Assembly (NCBI GenBank): GCA_965221695.1
Contig: OZ244905.1
Location: forward strand, 2,816,001-2,880,000
Reading direction: 5' to 3'
Length of the DNA: 64,000 nucleotides
Source of the DNA: Gammaproteobacteria bacterium
GTDB lineage: Bacteria > Pseudomonadota > Gammaproteobacteria > Eutrophobiales > Eutrophobiaceae
This document shows positions 9,758 through 19,550 of this stretch, in pieces. Each line of letters begins with the position of its first letter. Positions within the stretch are counted from its first letter, which is position 1. The notes under the pieces were generated by a model. The model made no database searches. It was given only the letters and a program-made list of their open reading frames with translations, and had not been told where the DNA came from. The translations under genes were made by a program, and so were the position numbers.

Positions 9758-11200
9758 TTATATGACGTCGCGAAACGTCCGCGAGGTTTTTTTAATCAGC
9801 TCCCAGGCCTGTTCCACATGTTCCAGTTCGGTGTTGGACTGGCCGATGCAGATACGTAGCGCGAAGCGATCATTCAGCCTGGTGTGAGTGAGGAAAATTT
9901 TGCCGCTCTCGTTGAGTTCATCCATGATGCGCTTGTTAAGCTCGTCGCTGCCCCGGTGTCGGAAACAGATCAGGTTGAACGGCGCCGGCGCAACAATTTC
10001 AAAATCGGAGTCTGCTTCGATCCACCCCGCCAGCTTACGCGTCAGTTCGATATGCCGGCGGATATGGTGTTGCAGCCCCTCCACCCCGTAGTAACGCAGC
10101 ACGAACCAGAGCTTGAGCGCGCGGAAGCGGCGACCCAGCGGCACCTGCCAGTCCCGGTAATCGAACACCGCACCGCTGGTCGTCGCCTCGTTCAGCAGGT
10201 ACTCCGGCAGGATCGACAACGCGTTGATCAAGGCAGCCCGGTCGGCCACCCAGAAACACGAGCAATCGAAGTTGGTGAACATCCATTTATGCGGATTAAA
10301 GCTGTAGCTGTCGGTGTGCTCGATACCGTCATGCAGGTAATGGTATTCAGGGCAGATGACCGCCGTGCCGGACATCGCCGCGTCCACATGGAACCATAAG
10401 CCTTCGTCCGCGCAAATCCTGCCGATCTCCGCGATCGGGTCAAGCGCATTGGATGAGGTGGTGCCCAGGGTGGCGCAGGCGAATATGGGCCGCAGTCCGG
10501 CAGCCTTGTCGGCCTTGATTTGCTGTGCCAGCCTGCCCGCGTCCAGGGCAAAGTGCGCATCTGTTTCAATCTGCCGCAGGTTGGCGCGCCCCAGGCCGGC
10601 GATACCCATGGCCTTCTCCAGAGAGGAATGGGTCTGGGTTGAGCAATATGCAATCTGTTTACCGTCGCAGCCCTCGCGGTTGGTACGCAGCCCGGAGTCC
10701 CGCTCGCGCGCGGCCAGCAATGCGCACAGGATCGCGCTGGAGGCAGTGTCCTGGATTACGCCGCCGCCCGCGGCCGTTGAACGGTACTTGTCAGGCAGTC
10801 CCAACAGGTCTGCCAACCAGTCCAGCACCCGGGTCTCAAGCTCGGTGCAGGCGGGGCTTGTTGACCATAACATGCCTTGCACGCCGAGTCCGGAAGACAG
10901 CAGGTCGCCCAGGATCGCCGGTCCCGAGGTATTGGCTGGAAAATACGCATAAAAGTGGGGGGATTGCCAATGGGTGACACCGGGCAGGATTTTATCCTCC
11001 ACATCCCGCAGGATTGCTGCGAACTCTTCGCCTTGTGCCGGCGCCGCGGCCGGGAGCGACTCTTCGATCTTGCCTGGCTGCACTCGTGACAACACCGGGT
11101 AGCGGTCCACTTTTTCGTAGTAATCGGCTATCCAGTCGATCATCTCCTTGCCGTGACGGCGGAAGTCCTCGACGGACATATGGTAACTGGATTTACTCAT
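9758..11200 (-). CDS. PLP-dependent aromatic-L-amino-acid decarboxylase (DOPA decarboxylase family)
   Basis: [31 protein letters not shown] lysine, [16 protein letters not shown]; ATG overlaps ilvD stop (ATGAGTAA). Confidence 0.92.
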   Translation of the reverse strand: MSKSSYHMSVEDFRRHGKEMIDWIADYYEKVDRYPVLSRVQPGKIEESLPAAAPAQGEEFAAILRDVEDKILPGVTHWQSPHFYAYFPANTSGPAILGDLLSSGLGVQGMLWSTSPACTELETRVLDWLADLLGLPDKYRSTAAGGGVIQDTASSAILCALLAARERDSGLRTNREGCDGKQIAYCSTQTHSSLEKAMGIAGLGRANLRQIETDAHFALDAGRLAQQIKADKAAGLRPIFACATLGTTSSNALDPIAEIGRICADEGLWFHVDAAMSGTAVICPEYHYLHDGIEHTDSYSFNPHKWMFTNFDCSCFWVADRAALINALSILPEYLLNEATTSGAVFDYRDWQVPLGRRFRALKLWFVLRYYGVEGLQHHIRRHIELTRKLAGWIEADSDFEIVAPAPFNLICFRHRGSDELNKRIMDELNESGKIFLTHTRLNDRFALRICIGQSNTELEHVEQAWELIKKTSRTFRDVI

Positions 11201-12872
11201 CGGTAACGCAACCAAGCGAGGCGGACTTTACACTGCGGATATACTTGTATAAAGCGCCGCGTTTCGTCTTGTACTCGGGCATAACCCATTCCGCCTTGCG
11301 CTGTGCCAGCTCCTCGTTGCTCAGGTCCACGCTTATCTGGTTGGTCTTGGCGTTGATGGTAACCATATCCCCGTTCTTGATCAGCGCAAGAGGCCCGCCC
11401 TCCTGGGCCTCCGGCACCACGTGGCCGATGATAAACCCGTGTGACCCGCCGGAAAAACGGCCGTCGGTGATCATCGCAACATCATTTCCCAGACCGGCGC
11501 CCATGATGGCGGAGGTCGGGGTCAGCATTTCCGGCATGCCGGGCCCTCCCTTCGGACCTTCGTAACGGATAACGACGGCATCGCCTTTGCCGATTTGATC
11601 CTGTTCCAACGCAGCCAGCATATCTTCTTCCGAGTCGAATACTTTGGCGGGCCCGCTGAAGAGTTCGCCTTCCTTGCCGGTGATCTTGGCCACCGCGCCC
11701 CCGGGGGCCAGGTTGCCTCGAAGGATGCGGATATGGCCGGTGCGCTTGAAAGGCTTGTCCAGCGGCCGTATCACGTCCTGCCCCGCGTCCAGCGGCGGCA
11801 GTCCGGCCAGGTTTTCAGCAATAGTTTTTCCGGTAACCGTCATGCAACTCCCGTCGATCAGGTCGTGCTCCAGCAGGTATTTCATGACCCCCGGTACGCC
11901 GCCGACCTTGTGCAGGTCCTCCATCACGTAGCGGCCGCTGGGTTTGAGGTCCGCCAGGTATGGTGTGCGGTCGCTGACGGCCTGGAATGCGTCGATATCC
12001 AGTGTTACGTCGACGGACCGGGCCATCGCAATCAGGTGCAACACCGCGTTGGTTGAACCGCCGAGCGCCGTGACCACAACCATCGCGTTCTCGAACGCGG
12101 CGCGGGTCATGATGTCGCGCGGTTTAAGGTTCAGTTCCAGCAGATGTTTTATCGCCGCGCCGGCCTGCAGGCATTCTTCCAGCTTCTGCGGGTCAACCGC
12201 GGGCGTGGAAGAACTGTACGGTAACGACATTCCCAGCGCCTCGATTGCAGAGGCCATGGTATTGGCGGTGTACATGCCGCCGCAGGCGCCTGGTCCGGGA
12301 CAGGCGGAGCGTACTATCGCGCTGCGGTTACTGTCGTCAATGCGCCCGGAGATGAATTCGCCGTAGCTTTGGAACGCGGAAATGATATCCACTTTATTGC
12401 CGTCGTGGTAGCCGGGCTTGATGGTGCCGCCGTAGATCATCAGCGCAGGACGATTAAGTCGGCCCATGGCCATGATGCAGCCGGGCATGTTCTTATCGCA
12501 ACCCGGGATGGAGATGTTGGCGTCGTACCACTGGGCGCTCATCATGGTTTCGATGGAATCTGCGATCAGGTCCCGCGACTGCAGCGAAAAACTCATGCCT
12601 TCCGTGCCCATCGAAATCGCATCGCTGACGCCGACTGTATTGAAGCGCATCCCCACCAGGTCCTGGGCATCCACGCCCTGCTTGGCCTTGGCCGCGAGGT
12701 CGAGCAAGTGCATATTACAGGTATTGCCCTCAAACCAGACACTGGCAATGCCTACCTGGGCCTTGGCCATGTCTTTTTCTGTCATACCGGTGCCGTACAA
12801 CATGGCCTGTGACGCGCCCTGGGATTTTTCTTGAGTTACCCTTGCGCTGTAACGATTCAATGGTTCAGACAT
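11193..12872 (-). CDS. ilvD: Dihydroxy-acid dehydratase
   Basis: [46 protein letters not shown]. Confidence 0.96.
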   Translation of the reverse strand: MSEPLNRYSARVTQEKSQGASQAMLYGTGMTEKDMAKAQVGIASVWFEGNTCNMHLLDLAAKAKQGVDAQDLVGMRFNTVGVSDAISMGTEGMSFSLQSRDLIADSIETMMSAQWYDANISIPGCDKNMPGCIMAMGRLNRPALMIYGGTIKPGYHDGNKVDIISAFQSYGEFISGRIDDSNRSAIVRSACPGPGACGGMYTANTMASAIEALGMSLPYSSSTPAVDPQKLEECLQAGAAIKHLLELNLKPRDIMTRAAFENAMVVVTALGGSTNAVLHLIAMARSVDVTLDIDAFQAVSDRTPYLADLKPSGRYVMEDLHKVGGVPGVMKYLLEHDLIDGSCMTVTGKTIAENLAGLPPLDAGQDVIRPLDKPFKRTGHIRILRGNLAPGGAVAKITGKEGELFSGPAKVFDSEEDMLAALEQDQIGKGDAVVIRYEGPKGGPGMPEMLTPTSAIMGAGLGNDVAMITDGRFSGGSHGFIIGHVVPEAQEGGPLALIKNGDMVTINAKTNQISVDLSNEELAQRKAEWVMPEYKTKRGALYKYIRSVKSASLGCVTDE

Positions 12873-12928
12873 AATGCTATTCCTGTATGTGTGTTGATGC
12901 TGTAGTTATTCTATGGTTTCGGTTTAGG

Positions 12929-12956
12929 GTGAACGGGAAAAGTGAACGGGAAAAGT
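12929..12956. repeat. 13-bp tandem duplication in the divergent ilvD/argE intergenic region
   Basis: GTGAACGGGAAAA x2 plus GT. Confidence 0.8.
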
Positions 12957-12996
12957 CTATTAAATTATATTTATCTGCGTTACTCTGCACCCTATT

Positions 12997-14145
12997 ATGA
13001 TAACACTCCCTGCATTCAAAGAGTCCTTTGCCGCGCTGGTGGCGGCGCCGACAGTCAGCAGCATCGACCCGGCTTATGATCAAAGCAACGCGCCGGCAGT
13101 GGATTTGCTTGCGAACTGGTTTGCCGACCTGGGCTTTCGCATTGAGATCATGCCGGTTGACAAGGCTGCCGGCAAGGTCAACCTGATCGCCAGCCTGGGC
13201 AGCGGAAGTGGCGGCCTGGTGTTGTCCGGGCATACCGACACGGTGCCGTTTACGGAAGCGGCATGGCATCAGGACCCGTTCCGGCTGACGGAAAAGGACG
13301 GGCGGTATTATGGTTTGGGTGTGACGGATATGAAATGTTTTTTCCCCATCATCATGCAGGCGCTGCAAGCGCTGGACCTGAAAAAGATCAAGCGGCCGCT
13401 GCTGCTGCTGGCTACCTGCGATGAAGAAAGTACGATGGCCGGCGCCAGGGCGCTGGTGGATATGGACCGGGGCTTTGGCCGCTACGCGCTGATCGGCGAG
13501 CCAACAGGTTTACAGCCGATCAACATGCACAAGGGCGGGTTTACCGAGGCCATCACTCTGAAAGGCCAGGCCGGACATGCCAGCGACCCGTCCCTGGGCA
13601 ATAATGCGATAGAAGGCATGCATCAGGTCATCGCCGCCCTGTTTTCCTGGCGAGAGCGCTTGCAAGACGCGTATGTTAACGACCGTTTCAATGTGGCGAC
13701 ACCGACGCTGAATTTTGGCGTCATTCGAGGTGGCGACAATCCCAACCGCATCTGCGCCGAATGTGAGCTGAAGGTGGATATCAGGATATTGCCGGGCATG
13801 AGCATTGATGACATGCGCAAGCGGCTGCGCCTAACAGTCACCGATGCGGTCGCGGACAGCGGCCTTGGATTGGCGTTCGGGCGCAGCTTTGCCGGCATAG
13901 CGCCGTTTCAGACCGACCCCGACAGCGAGATTGTCAAGGTTGCGGAAAAACTCACCGGCCATGCCGCCGGGTCAGTCAATTTCGGTACGGAAGGGCCATT
14001 TCTGAATTCCCTGGGGATGGACACCGTGGTGCTGGGTCCGGGGGATATCGACCAGGCGCACCAGGCGAATGAGTATATAGAGCAAAGCCGCATCCCGGTA
14101 ATGCAGCGTGTGCTGCAACAGGTGATTACGCATTTCTGTATGTAA
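12997..14145 (+). CDS. argE: Acetylornithine deacetylase
   Basis: LSGHTDTVP, GLGVTDMK, DEE, IGEPT, FGTEG, GPGDIDQAHQ; adjacent to argA. Confidence 0.93.
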   Translation: MITLPAFKESFAALVAAPTVSSIDPAYDQSNAPAVDLLANWFADLGFRIEIMPVDKAAGKVNLIASLGSGSGGLVLSGHTDTVPFTEAAWHQDPFRLTEKDGRYYGLGVTDMKCFFPIIMQALQALDLKKIKRPLLLLATCDEESTMAGARALVDMDRGFGRYALIGEPTGLQPINMHKGGFTEAITLKGQAGHASDPSLGNNAIEGMHQVIAALFSWRERLQDAYVNDRFNVATPTLNFGVIRGGDNPNRICAECELKVDIRILPGMSIDDMRKRLRLTVTDAVADSGLGLAFGRSFAGIAPFQTDPDSEIVKVAEKLTGHAAGSVNFGTEGPFLNSLGMDTVVLGPGDIDQAHQANEYIEQSRIPVMQRVLQQVITHFCM

Positions 14146-14154
14146 CAGTGATGT

Positions 14155-15489
14155 ATGCACAGGGTAATCATGGATAAGGCGCAATTCGTAAACTGGTTTC
14201 GTTCGGCTTCGCCGTACATTCGCATACACCGGGACAAGACTTTTGTTGTGCAGGTGGGCGACCCGGTATTGCGCGGCCCGGGTTTTGTTTCCCTCGCACA
14301 TGATCTGGCGTTGCTCAGCAGCCTGGGTATCCGGTTGGCGCTGGTTTACGGCGCGCGCACCGCGATTGATGCCAGTCTTGCCGGCAGAAAACTGGCCTCC
14401 AACTACCACGATGGAATCCGGATCACCGATACGAACGCGATGGGTGTGGTCAAGGAGGTGGCCGGACGCCTGCTGCTGGAGATACAGGCCAAGCTGTCCA
14501 TGGGTATGGGCAATACGCCCATGTCCAATGCCGCGATCGGGGTGAATACCGGCAATTATGTCACGGCCAAACCGTTGGGAGTAATCGGCGGGGTGGACTA
14601 TCAGCTCACCGGTAAAGTCCGCAGCATTGATACGCAGGCCATGAGCGCCGGGCTGAACGGCGGTGAAATCATCATCCTGCCCCCGCTCGGCTACTCTGTT
14701 ACCGGGGAAGCCTATAACCTGTCCGCCGCCGCGCTCGCCGCGGACGCGGCCGTTGCCTTGCAGGCGGACAAGCTGATCTACCTGGTGGAAGCCGGCGACC
14801 TGTCCTCACTGACGGGCGGGGGCCAGGTCAGCCAGTTGAACCGGGATCAGGCCCGGGCATTGTTGGACCGTTTGGATGACGGTTCGGCTGCCAGCGAATA
14901 TCTGCAACACGCGTTGGAAGCGAGCATCAACGGTGTAGACCGGGTGCACCTGCTCAACCGGGAGGAAGACGGCGCGCTACTCAATGAATTGTTTACCCGC
15001 GACGGTTCGGGCCTGATGATCAGCGCGTCCGCATACGATGAGATGCGTCGGGCCGGTAGCGATGACATTGCGGGCATCCTGGACTTGATCAAACCGCACG
15101 AGCTGCAAGGCGTGTTGGTTACACGTTCCAGGGAAAAACTGGAACTGGAGGTGGATCGTTTTACCATCCTGTTGCGCGATGGGGTCATCATCGGCTGTGT
15201 CGGCCTGTATCCCTACCCCGATGACGGCGTGGCGGAGCTGGCCTGCCTAGTGGCGCATCCGGAGTATCGTGGACGCGGTTTGGGAGACAGCTTGCTTGAC
15301 GCGGCGGTGAAAGAAGCGCAACAGCAGGAGATAAACCGCTTGTTCGTGCTTACCACACAGACAACGCAGTGGTTTGTGGAGCGGGGTTTTACCGAGACCT
15401 CGCTGGAAAGCCTGCCGGTAGAAAAACAGGCGTTGTATAACTACCAGCGTAACGCCAGGATTCTGATCAGAGAGTTAGGGAAACTCTGA
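14155..15489 (+). CDS. argA: Amino-acid N-acetyltransferase (N-acetylglutamate synthase)
   Basis: WFR.ASPYI..HR.KTFV kinase-like domain, ELFTRDG.G, GNAT domain with LFVLTT.T..WF.ERGF; start may be ATG 14170. Confidence 0.95.
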   Translation: MHRVIMDKAQFVNWFRSASPYIRIHRDKTFVVQVGDPVLRGPGFVSLAHDLALLSSLGIRLALVYGARTAIDASLAGRKLASNYHDGIRITDTNAMGVVKEVAGRLLLEIQAKLSMGMGNTPMSNAAIGVNTGNYVTAKPLGVIGGVDYQLTGKVRSIDTQAMSAGLNGGEIIILPPLGYSVTGEAYNLSAAALAADAAVALQADKLIYLVEAGDLSSLTGGGQVSQLNRDQARALLDRLDDGSAASEYLQHALEASINGVDRVHLLNREEDGALLNELFTRDGSGLMISASAYDEMRRAGSDDIAGILDLIKPHELQGVLVTRSREKLELEVDRFTILLRDGVIIGCVGLYPYPDDGVAELACLVAHPEYRGRGLGDSLLDAAVKEAQQQEINRLFVLTTQTTQWFVERGFTETSLESLPVEKQALYNYQRNARILIRELGKL

Positions 15490-15513
15490 ACAAGTCCATC
15501 CTGGACTTGTCAG
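15475..15513. repeat. Mini-palindrome family member (CTCTGA family), contains the argA stop
   Basis: TTAGGGAAACTCTGAACAAGTCCATCCTGGACTTGTCAG; related copies at 1275, 28647, 39622, 41033, 49904. Confidence 0.7.
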
Positions 15514-15518
15514 TCGCT

Positions 15519-16346
15519 TCATCTCACCGGGCCGATCGCAGTTTTGCTGCCGTCCGGGTGCAGGCGCATAATCGTGTCATTTTCCACGATGATCGCGTCA
15601 TAGCCTAGCTTGCGTTTTCTTTCCAGTTCGTTGGTGACTGCCCGATGCAGGCAATCCATTATGAATATTGTATGCTCGTCCAGCTCTCCAGGAGATGCGA
15701 TGTTATAGGACATTTCCTGTTCTGAGATTTTGTCAATACCATCAGGCGGTTCTTCGAATATGGTTTGCTCAGAAATATTGGCTTCTCCCTTGATTGCTGT
15801 GAACAGCGCTTGATTTTTGATTATAACATTTTCTTCCAGTCGCCGAAATATCAGTTTTCTCTCCGGCGTCGAATTGTCATGACACCTGACTTCAGTGCAA
15901 ACCGGGCCATAATGAACCAGCAGGTTGCGCAAGCTCCTGGCATAACGCCTTTGGATGTCTTTTGCGGGAATGTTATGCCCGCCTTGCCGGACGCGTTCCC
16001 GGACGCGTTTTAACGATGTTTCAATGCCGGGTATCCACAAGTAGATGAGGCTGACCCGCCAACCGTCTTCCAGCATGCGCCGAATCCTGGGCAGGTGAGA
16101 CCCACCGGAAAGCGTTGTCTCAAATGCAAAATTCTCTCTTTTGACGATCGCGCGCTCGATTTCCGCAAGAAACAGTTTGCCTGCCTCAAGCTGCTTGGTT
16201 TCCGCTGCAAACGGCGCCAGGCCTGATGCGATCATATCGGCATTCAGGAAAATACGGCAATCAATACTTGGAAGGTAGTCCATGGCGAAAGTGGTTTTCC
16301 CTGCGCCATTCGGTCCGGCAATAATCGTGCAACTTGGTCTCTTCAT
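15519..16346 (-). CDS. Zeta-toxin-like P-loop kinase/ATPase with C-terminal extension
   Basis: IIAGPNGAGKTT Walker A, NADMIA.GL.P, FAFETTLSG, RV.QGGHNIP...I.RRY. Confidence 0.85.
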   Translation of the reverse strand: MKRPSCTIIAGPNGAGKTTFAMDYLPSIDCRIFLNADMIASGLAPFAAETKQLEAGKLFLAEIERAIVKRENFAFETTLSGGSHLPRIRRMLEDGWRVSLIYLWIPGIETSLKRVRERVRQGGHNIPAKDIQRRYARSLRNLLVHYGPVCTEVRCHDNSTPERKLIFRRLEENVIIKNQALFTAIKGEANISEQTIFEEPPDGIDKISEQEMSYNIASPGELDEHTIFIMDCLHRAVTNELERKRKLGYDAIIVENDTIMRLHPDGSKTAIGPVR

Positions 16347-16349
16347 GAC

Positions 16350-16668
16350 AGCCCGAAAATCTCACCAATTGATGCGATGATCGCTGAGGATTTTTTGATG
16401 CGCTCCATCCGTGGGGCGCCCCCTTCGGGCATCCTTCGGATGTCCAAATCCGCTCCAGGCGGATTTGTGCGTCAGTACGCGGGCGCTCGTGACCGAAACC
16501 ATAGTGGTGCTTCTGGTTGAGGGAACATGTGCCCGCTAACGCAAAAAAGACCAGCGAGGGCGCATCAAGCGCAGTGTGTAATGGCAACATACTCGGCAGA
16601 TTATCATAACTCATTGACAGCAAACATCTATCCGATGCTGACAAGCGAATTGGTGAGATATTCGGGCT
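16350..16668. mobile_element. MITE-like element copy 1 (243-bp family) with a nested 72-bp palindromic insertion
   Basis: TIRs GCCCGAAAATCTCACCAATT / AATTGGTGAGATATTCGGGC; closely similar to 45852-46094 apart from the insertion at 16398-16469 and 4 extra bp. Confidence 0.85.
16398..16469. repeat. 72-bp multi-hairpin palindromic unit inserted in MITE copy 1
   Basis: Absent from copies 2 and 3; hairpins GCGCTCCA/TGGGGCGC, GGCATCC/GGATGTC, CAAATCCGCT/GGCGGATTTG; TG on both sides. Confidence 0.75.
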
Positions 16669-16738
16669 AATCCCTGTTTTTTTGGCTATCATACGCCTTC
16701 CCGCATCGAAAAGCGACTCTTCTGGCAGGAAATCCGGA

Positions 16739-17755
16739 TTAGTTTCCTGATGAGTAACGTTTGAATAAAGGTGTGGTTTTTTCCTCAAAACCGGCGCCGG
16801 TGCGGCGTATGAAACAGGCGGCGAGGCCTTGCTGCAAGGCCAGTGCAAAACCCTCGTCCGGCCCCAGCGCCAGCAGGCCGGTTGCCCAGGCATCAGCCAG
16901 CATGGCCGATGGGTGCAGCACCGTCACCGACGCAAGTTCGTGACTGACCGGGCGGCCGCTGCGCGGGTCGATCGTATGCGAATAACGGTTTCGTTCATGC
17001 TCGAAAAAATTCCGGTAATCACCGGAAGTCGCCATAGCCATGTTGTCCAGTCGGATCGCCCGGCGCACGCCGCGTTGCCCGGCAATGGGTTGTTCGATAC
17101 CGATTCGCCACGGTACTTGTGCGCTGTTCACACCGCGAGCGCGGATTTCCCCACCGATTTCCACCAGATAGTTGCCCAGTTGCAGCCCGTCCAGGTACTC
17201 GGCAACCCGATCCACACCGTAGCCTTTGGCAATCGCGGAGAGGTCGATATAAATCCCGTCATGGGCTTTATTCAGGGTCAAAGCCGACGGGTCCAATTGC
17301 AGTTTTTCATAGCCGACCAGGGCTGATGCCAGGCGAACCTGTTCATCCGTCGGCACAGTGAAATCCTGGTCGGGACCGAAGCCCCACAGGTTGACCACGG
17401 GACCGATGGTGACGTCGAATGCGCCCTGCGTCAATCGGCTGATCCTGCTGGCCGCGTGTAACACGTGCATCAGTGACGGACTCACCGGGGTCCGGCTGCC
17501 GCTGCGCGCCGCGTTAATCATTGACAGTTCGGAATCCGGCAGGTAAGTGGACATCTCCCGGTTGACCCGGTCGAGAATGGCGCCGATTTGCGCTTGCAGT
17601 TGCCGCCTCGGCCGTGGCAGCGCGTCGGCATTCACCAGCACGGACCAGCTTGTGCCCATCGTGAGGCCGGTGAATTCATGGGGTTCAGGCGGTCGCTCGG
17701 ACCCGCATGACGCCGTCAGCAATAAACAGGCAATGATCGGCAGGAAGTAACGCAA
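16739..17755 (-). CDS. apbE: FAD:protein FMN transferase lipoprotein
   Basis: Lipobox-like TASC, G.TMGT, DVTIGP.V.LWGFG, DLSAIAKGYGVD, ATSGDYR, HTIDPRSG, ADAWAT. Confidence 0.93.
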   Translation of the reverse strand: MRYFLPIIACLLLTASCGSERPPEPHEFTGLTMGTSWSVLVNADALPRPRRQLQAQIGAILDRVNREMSTYLPDSELSMINAARSGSRTPVSPSLMHVLHAASRISRLTQGAFDVTIGPVVNLWGFGPDQDFTVPTDEQVRLASALVGYEKLQLDPSALTLNKAHDGIYIDLSAIAKGYGVDRVAEYLDGLQLGNYLVEIGGEIRARGVNSAQVPWRIGIEQPIAGQRGVRRAIRLDNMAMATSGDYRNFFEHERNRYSHTIDPRSGRPVSHELASVTVLHPSAMLADAWATGLLALGPDEGFALALQQGLAACFIRRTGAGFEEKTTPLFKRYSSGN

Positions 17756-17768
17756 CGGGGCGGTCCCG

Positions 17769-19544
17769 TTACATCGCGGCTGATTTCCGCTCGCTGTTAT
17801 CCGTTCGCCGGCCCGCCGGCATTGAGTGCCGGAAGTAGGGAATCACCAGTTCAATATCTCCCTGCATATGTTTGCGCTTCACGCGGTTCCAGTAGTCAGC
17901 CGTGAGCAGGTCGCCATGAACCTCCAGGAACAAGGTGCGCAAACCCGCGTCCATGGACAGGAACTTGATGAATTCTTCCGGGAATATATCGTTCTTGTTA
18001 ACGTGAAACCACACGTCTGAACGCATCAGGTTTTCGTCATCGTCGCTGTCGGGGATATCGCGGAAGTCGCACTCGGTAACCAGCGCTACTTCATCGTAAT
18101 CGTAGAAGACGACCCGCCGATGCCGGGTCACGCCGAAGTTCTTGAGCAGCAGGTCACCGGGGAAGATATTGGTATTGGCCAGGTCCTTGATGGTCTGTCC
18201 GTAGTCCAGTATGGCTTCGTTGGCGTCCGCGCTCGTGACTTCCTTCAGGTACAGGTTCAGTGGCCGCACACGACGCTCGATATAGACGTGATCGATAATT
18301 AACTTATCCTTGTCGATGCGCACGGTCTCCGCCGCTTCACTGAGCAGTTCTTCCAGCAAGGCATCATCGAAACGGTTTACCGGGAACTCCAGGTTGCGGA
18401 ATTCCTGGGTATCGATCAAGCGGCCCGCCCGATCATGCTGGGACACCAGCCGGTACTTGTTCTGCACTTCCTCCCTGGTAATGGTCTTGGGATAGCCGAA
18501 ATTGTCGCGGATAATCTTGAACACCAGGTCGTAGGAAGGCAGGGTGAATACCAGCATTACCAGACCCTTATCGCCCTCGGCATGCACAAACCGGTCATCC
18601 GTTTGTTGCAGGTGATGTGAGAAAATGCGGTGACGTTCGGTCTTGCCCTGGCGCAGCCTGCCCAACACCGTGTACAGTTCGTCGATCGGCTTGGCCGGCA
18701 GGATGGAGTTCAGGAAGTGTACTGCGCCGATAACGGAATGCGGGTTGGCAAAGTAATAGGATCGGGTATAACTGAATACGATACTGACTTCTTCCTCAGA
18801 CAACAGCACTGCGTCCACCTCGATGCCGCGGGCGGAATTTTTCAGGGCGATGATAATGGGGTTAACATGGTCCTGTTGGATGGTGCGGCCGATAAGATAG
18901 GCCCGGGCGGATTGAAAAAACGCCGAATTGATGAATTCAAATCTCAGAAAGTCACCGTGATGCTTCAGGTTCGCCTGAAAATAGCGTTGGATCTGCTGGC
19001 TGATGCTTGCGGAATCCGCGTTGATGTCCCTGTAGGGGACTTTGAATGCGAAGTCATCAAGAATGGTTTTGAATGTCTTGTCAAGTGAACCCCAGTAGGG
19101 GTAGCGGTTCAGGGTCAGGGTCTCCAGCGGATTGAAGCCCTCGTCCGGCGCCGAGGATACGAATTCGAGATCCGGGTCTATGCCCACCGTATCGAATATG
19201 CGCCGGATGATGGAATTGAAGAATGTCTTCATGAACCCGGCATCCGGCACGTTATACAGGCGCTCACCAAAATACCTGCGGGCGCTGTTCCAGAGCCGGC
19301 GGTCTGTTACCCTCGGTCCCAGGTTCTTGCGCAGCGAGATGACGATGCGGCGAACGGATTTTTCATAGAGTTCGACCCGTTCGGATATATCCTGCTGGTG
19401 CCCGCCCCAGTCCTGCTGTTCGAAGCGGCGTCGGGCGCGTTCCGTGATGCGCGTGAAGTTCTCGTTATATTTCAGGAATCCTTCGTAAATAAATTCCGAG
19501 ATGCGGGCGATGGTCTGTTTGCGTTGCTCGGACAAGGGAGGCAT
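17769..19544 (-). CDS. aceK: Isocitrate dehydrogenase kinase/phosphatase
   Basis: G.KGLVMLVF, VFKIIRD.F, HDRAGRL.DTQEF, NIFPGDLLLKNFGVTRH.RVVFYDYDE. Confidence 0.95.
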   Translation of the reverse strand: MPPLSEQRKQTIARISEFIYEGFLKYNENFTRITERARRRFEQQDWGGHQQDISERVELYEKSVRRIVISLRKNLGPRVTDRRLWNSARRYFGERLYNVPDAGFMKTFFNSIIRRIFDTVGIDPDLEFVSSAPDEGFNPLETLTLNRYPYWGSLDKTFKTILDDFAFKVPYRDINADSASISQQIQRYFQANLKHHGDFLRFEFINSAFFQSARAYLIGRTIQQDHVNPIIIALKNSARGIEVDAVLLSEEEVSIVFSYTRSYYFANPHSVIGAVHFLNSILPAKPIDELYTVLGRLRQGKTERHRIFSHHLQQTDDRFVHAEGDKGLVMLVFTLPSYDLVFKIIRDNFGYPKTITREEVQNKYRLVSQHDRAGRLIDTQEFRNLEFPVNRFDDALLEELLSEAAETVRIDKDKLIIDHVYIERRVRPLNLYLKEVTSADANEAILDYGQTIKDLANTNIFPGDLLLKNFGVTRHRRVVFYDYDEVALVTECDFRDIPDSDDDENLMRSDVWFHVNKNDIFPEEFIKFLSMDAGLRTLFLEVHGDLLTADYWNRVKRKHMQGDIELVIPYFRHSMPAGRRTDNSERKSAAM

Positions 19545-19550
19545 GCCTCG

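Noticed and set aside
16261-16893. Similar ORFs at 16261-16893, 33084-33287 and 45864-46103 sharing TALDAP.LVFFA.AGTCSLNQ
   Set aside because: The similarity is explained by the repeated DNA element; starts and stops are inconsistent and substitutions follow base-pairing rather than codon structure
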